The notes under the pieces: generated by a model
Told to the model about the DNA's origin: nothing
What the model saw: only the letters and a program-made list of their open reading frames with translations
The model's database searches: none
Translations under genes and position numbers: made by a program
Part shown: positions 59,361-64,000 of the stretch, one piece after another
Position numbering within the stretch: the stretch's first letter is position 1
Layout: every line of letters begins with the position of its first letter
Source of the DNA: an uncultured Bacilli bacterium
GTDB taxonomy: Bacteria; Bacillota_I; Bacilli_A; RF39; UBA660
Length of the DNA stretch: 64,000 nt
NCBI GenBank assembly: GCA_947581765.1
Contig: CANPVU010000001.1
Span: 5,513-69,512 of the forward strand
Reading direction: 5' to 3'

Positions 59361-60950
59361 CTAATCCATATTAAAATTTAATTTTAAATTTTCTCTTTTA
59401 TAATTAAATATTATTTCAAAATTAACATACTTTCTATCATTATTTATTTTACTAACAAATACTTTATCTATAAAAAGATTAAAATACATACCTATATTAT
59501 TTTTAATATTCAATTTTTCATGTAATACAGATTTTATTTTTTTTAATAAATTTTCATTATATTGTTTTTTACAGTCTATACTTAATTTATTTTTTAAATT
59601 TAATATTTCATTTTTTATACTAATATTTTTTTCATTAAATTCATCATATGTAATAATATTTTTTAAAACCATATCAAATATTTTATCTTTATATTTTTCT
59701 TGTTCTTTTATTTTATTTTTTATATCATTTACATCATCATATTCATTAATTAAATTAATATAGTCATTAGAAATTAGATCAATTAATTTTATTTTATGTT
59801 CTATTTCATTTTCTAATATTTCTGAAAAAAAATAATCTAATTTTTTTTCATATAGTCTAGGAGTAATACAACCTTTTAGTCCATGTCTTAAATATTCATT
59901 GCATTGCCATACAGGATTACTTTTTCTTTTACCACTTGCACACCTAATAAATGTTTTATTATGTTCAATACAATATATCTTAGATGTATATTTTTTATTT
60001 TCTATATATATTTCTTTATTTAATACATTTTTATTCCATTTATTACATCTTTTACATAATAAGCTATTAGCCTTATTCCATAATTTTTCATCTACTATTG
60101 ATGGAACATTACCTTTATTATCTTTATATATTATCCACTCTTCTTTTGGTTTCATTACCTTTTTATGAGTTTTATAATCTTTAACCTCACTCATATTAGC
60201 AGTATACCAACCCTTATACCTAGGATTTTTTATCATTTTTTTTAATGTAGTATCACTAAATACATTACCTTTCCTTGTATAATACCCCCTACTGGCTAAT
60301 ATCTCACCAATCTTTCTAAGTCCATATTTTTCAGAAGCATACAATTCATATATAATTTTAACTACCTTAGATTCTTCATTATTAACACTTAATTTGCAAT
60401 CTTTCTTATCATAACCATAAATACCTCCTCCACCAACTTTTCCATCCTTAATACTCCTCTTAATACCAAATTTTACCCTTTCTGATAATTTTCTTACCTC
60501 ATCTTGTGCCATACTAGCCATTAAAGTTAATCTAAACTCACTATCAGGATAAATTGTATTAATATTATCAGATATAAAATAAACAACTACACCATACTTT
60601 AATAAAAGCTCAGTATAACTTATACTATCAACAGTATTACGTGCAAACCTAGATACCTCCTTAGTTAAAATTAAATCTATCTTTCCACATCTAGCATCCT
60701 CTATCATCTTTAAAAATTTTTCTCTTTTATAAACTTGAGTACCACTTATACCATAATCATTATAACCACAAACACAATTCCAACTTTTGACACTAGAAAT
60801 CATATCACAAAAATACTTTTTTTGATTTTCTAATGAATTTAACTGGTCATTCTTATCTGTAGAAACACGTCCATAGTATGCTACATTCAAATTCATATCA
60901 AAAATTGTTTTTCCCAATTTTAATTCTTCACGTGCCTTTGCTATATCCAT
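59361..60950 (-). CDS. Large serine recombinase (resolvase/integrase family)
   Basis: N-terminal VAYYGRVSTDKNDQLNSLENQKKYF (catalytic Ser in the RVST motif), then a recombinase domain, zinc-ribbon-like Cys cluster (CIEHNK...C...CNEY...C) and a C-terminal coiled-coil. 529 aa. Confidence 0.8.
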   Translation of the reverse strand: MDIAKAREELKLGKTIFDMNLNVAYYGRVSTDKNDQLNSLENQKKYFCDMISSVKSWNCVCGYNDYGISGTQVYKREKFLKMIEDARCGKIDLILTKEVSRFARNTVDSISYTELLLKYGVVVYFISDNINTIYPDSEFRLTLMASMAQDEVRKLSERVKFGIKRSIKDGKVGGGGIYGYDKKDCKLSVNNEESKVVKIIYELYASEKYGLRKIGEILASRGYYTRKGNVFSDTTLKKMIKNPRYKGWYTANMSEVKDYKTHKKVMKPKEEWIIYKDNKGNVPSIVDEKLWNKANSLLCKRCNKWNKNVLNKEIYIENKKYTSKIYCIEHNKTFIRCASGKRKSNPVWQCNEYLRHGLKGCITPRLYEKKLDYFFSEILENEIEHKIKLIDLISNDYINLINEYDDVNDIKNKIKEQEKYKDKIFDMVLKNIITYDEFNEKNISIKNEILNLKNKLSIDCKKQYNENLLKKIKSVLHEKLNIKNNIGMYFNLFIDKVFVSKINNDRKYVNFEIIFNYKRENLKLNFNMD

Positions 60951-61129
60951 ATATCTTTCCTTTGTATATCATCCATTTTATTAATTAAAATATTTTGCAT
61001 TTTACTATATATTTCATATGGTATAACTTCTTTTTCATATAACTCATTATTAAATTGCATCCTTAGTTTTAGCATAATATAATCTTTTGGTAATTTTCTT
61101 GAATTAATATATTTATCATTACCATTCAA
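60941..61129 (-). CDS. Small hypothetical protein directly upstream of and overlapping the serine recombinase
   Basis: 62-aa ORF whose stop overlaps the recombinase start. Its position fits a recombination directionality factor or small regulator, but there is no sequence support. Confidence 0.3.
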   Translation of the reverse strand: MNGNDKYINSRKLPKDYIMLKLRMQFNNELYEKEVIPYEIYSKMQNILINKMDDIQRKDIWI

Positions 61130-61268
61130 AATAATCCCTCCAATTAAGAATATTTAATTTAGAAAAAAAAAGAACAATTAATTATTGTTATATATTTGTG
61201 ATTTTTAAATATTTATTATGAAAAAAGAGCTAACGATTAATTCGTTAACTCTAATTCATTTTTTTAGA

Positions 61269-64000
61269 TTAAATAGCTTCGTATACAGCTTCAAATACTT
61301 GTATTGTAACATTTTTTATTTTCTCTTCAGATACTTTCCAACCAACAAATTTATATCCATCTTTAGCTTTTGGAGCTGTCATTTCAATTTCATGAATTTC
61401 TGCTCTTCTACCTTCAGTAATGCTTTCTTGGCCACCATCAAAGCCTTCGCACATATTTAAATCACATTTAAACTTTGCCCACCATATTATAGATGACTCA
61501 GCATTATTATGTTTTTTTAACCATTCTTGAACATTTTTATCATTGCTTACTTTAGCAACTACTTTATTTTCAGTAGAATAATATTCATTAGACTTAATAG
61601 ATGATAATTTAACAACTTGTTTTGGTGTTAACATTTCACCTGTTGATAACTTATTTGATGATTCTTCATCTTTTTCATAATTTGCTTTATAGTATGACCA
61701 AGAGAAACCATCTACAGTTAAGTCATATTTCTTCCATCCAACAAAATGATAACCCTCTCTTGCTTCTGGTGCATCAACTGTAAGTTCTGTTCCACCTCTT
61801 CTACTTTCTGTTAATTTATCAGAACCATTAAATCCTACACACTCGTTTAAATCACAAACAAATTGAGCGAAACTTACATAATGATGACAACCTTCATATT
61901 TAATAGTAAGCTTTCCATTTTCATTTTTTACTATATTAGTCCAAATGCCATCTTCTGGTTTAGAACATTCATGGTCTTTTTTTTCAGTAGACTGGTTTAA
62001 TTCTTTAACATCAGCTAATTTTTCTTTTAATAATAATGTTGAAAATTCAGTTTCTTTATCTTCTTCATAAACAGCTTCATAACCATAAACCTTATATCCA
62101 TCGTCTAAAGCTTTTATAAGATAACGTTTCCATCCTGCAAAGTGATAACCATTTTTTGCCTCTGGTGCTGTAATAGTTATATCAGAATCCCCTCTTCTAC
62201 TCAAAAGAATAGATTCTTGACCATCAAAACCATTACATTTAGTTAAATCACATTTAAATTTTGACCACCAAATTACAGAATAATCATTATATCCTTTATG
62301 TTTAGATAAAAACTCTCCTAAACTATCTTTTGAATCAATAGTAATTTCTTCTTCATCAGAATAATTTTCCTCTTTAACATCAGAAATTTGAGATTCAAAA
62401 GTTAAAATTTCATCTTCAGATAATACAAGACTATCAGATTCAACTACTGAATCATTTACTTTTGGAGTTACCTCCTCTGTCTTTTCATCTTTTTCATAAA
62501 CAGCTTTATAGCTTTGAACAGTTATTTTACCATCTTTATCTATGGCTACTTCACCTAAATATTTCCATCCAACAAATTTATATCCTTCTTTTGCTGCTGG
62601 AGCAGTCATTTTAATTTCAGAAATTTCTGCTCTTCTACCTTCAAGTAAAGTTCCTGTTTTTCCTTTTTCAAGGTGATTATCAAATCCTTCACATTCATTT
62701 AAATCACAACTAAATTGTGCCCACCATATTATAGATGATTCATGACCTGGATTTTTTTCTAGCCACTTTTGTATACGGCTATCATTTTTAACATTTACAG
62801 AAATCTCTTCAGCTTCGATAAGTTTTCCTTCACTTTCTTCTTCATCTGATTCTAATGAATCAAATAATTCAGAACTTAATGTAAATGAATTATCTCTATA
62901 TTCAACGGCTTGATCAAAAATTTGTGGATTTTCAAATGATGGTTCTGATGACTCCTCTGTCTTTTCATCTTCTTCATAAATTGCTTCATAGTTTCTAACA
63001 GTTACTTTGCTAGTTCCAATTGTTGTAGTACTTTTTTTCCATCCAACAAAATGGTAACCGTCTTTCGCTTCTGGAGCAGTCATTTTAATTTCAGAAATTT
63101 CTGCCCTTCTACCTTCTAGTAGCGTATCAGTTTTTCTTGATTCAAGATGATTATCAAATCCTTCACACTTAGTCATATCACAACTAAATTGTACCCACCA
63201 AATTACACTTTGTTTTGGATATTTTGGATGATTCTTGAAAAATTCTTTTAATTCTTCATCGTCATCAACACTTACTGAAATTTCTTTACCTTCAATAAGT
63301 TCCTCATCTTCAGTTTGATCTTCACTTGATTGTGATGAATTAGGTGCTGCTTCTTTTACTGTGAATGAATTGTTATTATACTCAACAACATCATCAAATA
63401 CTTCTGGAACATCAAATGGTAAATTTTCTGATTTTGGAGTTACCTCCTCTGTCTTTTCATCTGCTTCATAAATAGCTTCATAACTTTGAACAGTTACTTC
63501 ACTCTCTCCAATTGTTGTAGTACCTTTTTTCCATCCAACAAAATGGTAACCATCTTTTGCTTTTGGAGCTGTCATTTCAATTTCAGAAATTTCTGCTCTT
63601 CTACCTTCAAGTAATTTATCAGTTTTTCCTTTTCCAAGATGATTATCGAATCCTTCACATTTATCTAGGTCACAACTAAATTGTACCCACCAGATAATAT
63701 TGGCATCACGTCCAGAATGTTCTTTTAACCATTCTTGTACATAGCTATCGCTTTCAACACTTACTGTAACTTTTTCATCTTTAATTGTATCTTCTTCAAC
63801 TGATTTTGAAGAGCTATACAAACTACCATTTAATGTAAATGAGTTAGATTCATACTCAAATGCACCATCAAACATTTCTGGAGTTTGTTCTTTATCTTCT
63901 TCATAAATTGCTTTATAGCTTTGAACAGTTACTCCACTATTTCCAATTGTTGTAGTACCTTTTTCCCATCCAACAAAATGGTAACCTTCTTTTGCTTCTG
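61269..64000 (-). CDS. Giant tandem-repeat surface protein (Flg_new-like repeats with a conserved Cys pair), 5'-partial
   Basis: At least 6 tandem units of ~150-190 aa. Each has (I/V)IWW(V/A)QFSCDLxxCEGFDNHL...LLEGRRAEISEIxMTAPxAKDGYHFVGWKK...YEAIYEEDEKTEE and is separated by acidic linkers. The reading frame continues to the window end. The DNA repeats are also near-identical (e.g. CCATCCAACAAAATGGTAACC recurs). Confidence 0.65.
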   Translation of the reverse strand, partial: EAKEGYHFVGWEKGTTTIGNSGVTVQSYKAIYEEDKEQTPEMFDGAFEYESNSFTLNGSLYSSSKSVEEDTIKDEKVTVSVESDSYVQEWLKEHSGRDANIIWWVQFSCDLDKCEGFDNHLGKGKTDKLLEGRRAEISEIEMTAPKAKDGYHFVGWKKGTTTIGESEVTVQSYEAIYEADEKTEEVTPKSENLPFDVPEVFDDVVEYNNNSFTVKEAAPNSSQSSEDQTEDEELIEGKEISVSVDDDEELKEFFKNHPKYPKQSVIWWVQFSCDMTKCEGFDNHLESRKTDTLLEGRRAEISEIKMTAPEAKDGYHFVGWKKSTTTIGTSKVTVRNYEAIYEEDEKTEESSEPSFENPQIFDQAVEYRDNSFTLSSELFDSLESDEEESEGKLIEAEEISVNVKNDSRIQKWLEKNPGHESSIIWWAQFSCDLNECEGFDNHLEKGKTGTLLEGRRAEISEIKMTAPAAKEGYKFVGWKYLGEVAIDKDGKITVQSYKAVYEKDEKTEEVTPKVNDSVVESDSLVLSEDEILTFESQISDVKEENYSDEEEITIDSKDSLGEFLSKHKGYNDYSVIWWSKFKCDLTKCNGFDGQESILLSRRGDSDITITAPEAKNGYHFAGWKRYLIKALDDGYKVYGYEAVYEEDKETEFSTLLLKEKLADVKELNQSTEKKDHECSKPEDGIWTNIVKNENGKLTIKYEGCHHYVSFAQFVCDLNECVGFNGSDKLTESRRGGTELTVDAPEAREGYHFVGWKKYDLTVDGFSWSYYKANYEKDEESSNKLSTGEMLTPKQVVKLSSIKSNEYYSTENKVVAKVSNDKNVQEWLKKHNNAESSIIWWAKFKCDLNMCEGFDGGQESITEGRRAEIHEIEMTAPKAKDGYKFVGWKVSEEKIKNVTIQVFEAVYEAI

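Larger units (their letters stand above)
59327..64000. mobile_element. Left end of an integrated element (prophage-like or sporulation-gene intervening element) inserted in the PBP gene; extends beyond the window
   Basis: The PBP gene is truncated at ~59327. A large serine recombinase gene lies 35 bp away, oriented toward the junction. The downstream genes are unrelated to the PBP. Confidence 0.5.

Noticed and set aside
1-64000. IS elements/transposases, tRNA or rRNA genes
   Set aside because: No transposase-like ORF (DDE, IS200 or HUH motifs) and no tRNA-like or rRNA-like conserved stretches were recognised. The only mobile-DNA signatures are the two recombinases.

Overview
AT-rich (about 25-28% GC) low-GC Gram-positive, Clostridia-like sequence. 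Positions 1-40623 form a mosaic cell-surface glycopolymer locus. At least four Wzx/Wzy-type cassettes lie back to back in alternating orientation, each driven from a divergent promoter region (6163-6421 and 29457-29650). They encode many GT2/GT4/GT32 glycosyltransferases, four Wzy-like polymerases, three Wzx flippases, four TagD-family cytidylyltransferases, two TagF-like glycerophosphotransferases, four LicD paralogs, a LicC-LicA fusion, a TarI/IspD homolog, a Stealth phosphotransferase, a pyruvyl transferase and two near-identical radical SAM/SPASM genes. This is a teichoic-acid-like, phosphocholine/polyol-phosphate decorated Wzy-dependent polymer system. Two inverted repeats of about 1.1-1.2 kb (a GT4 gene and a radical SAM gene) sit about 15-21 kb apart. 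A stand-alone tyrosine recombinase (40674-41597) separates the variable cassettes from a conserved module: initiating sugar transferase, LCP ligase, O-acyltransferase, EndA-like membrane nuclease, membrane-anchored serpin and LysR regulator. Further right are hisS with a probable T-box-like leader, two large Listeria-Bacteroides-repeat surface proteins, and a SpoVD-like PBP gene cut at about 59327 by an element that starts with a large serine recombinase and carries a giant tandem-repeat surface protein running off the window. No rRNA, tRNA, CRISPR array or IS transposase was recognised.
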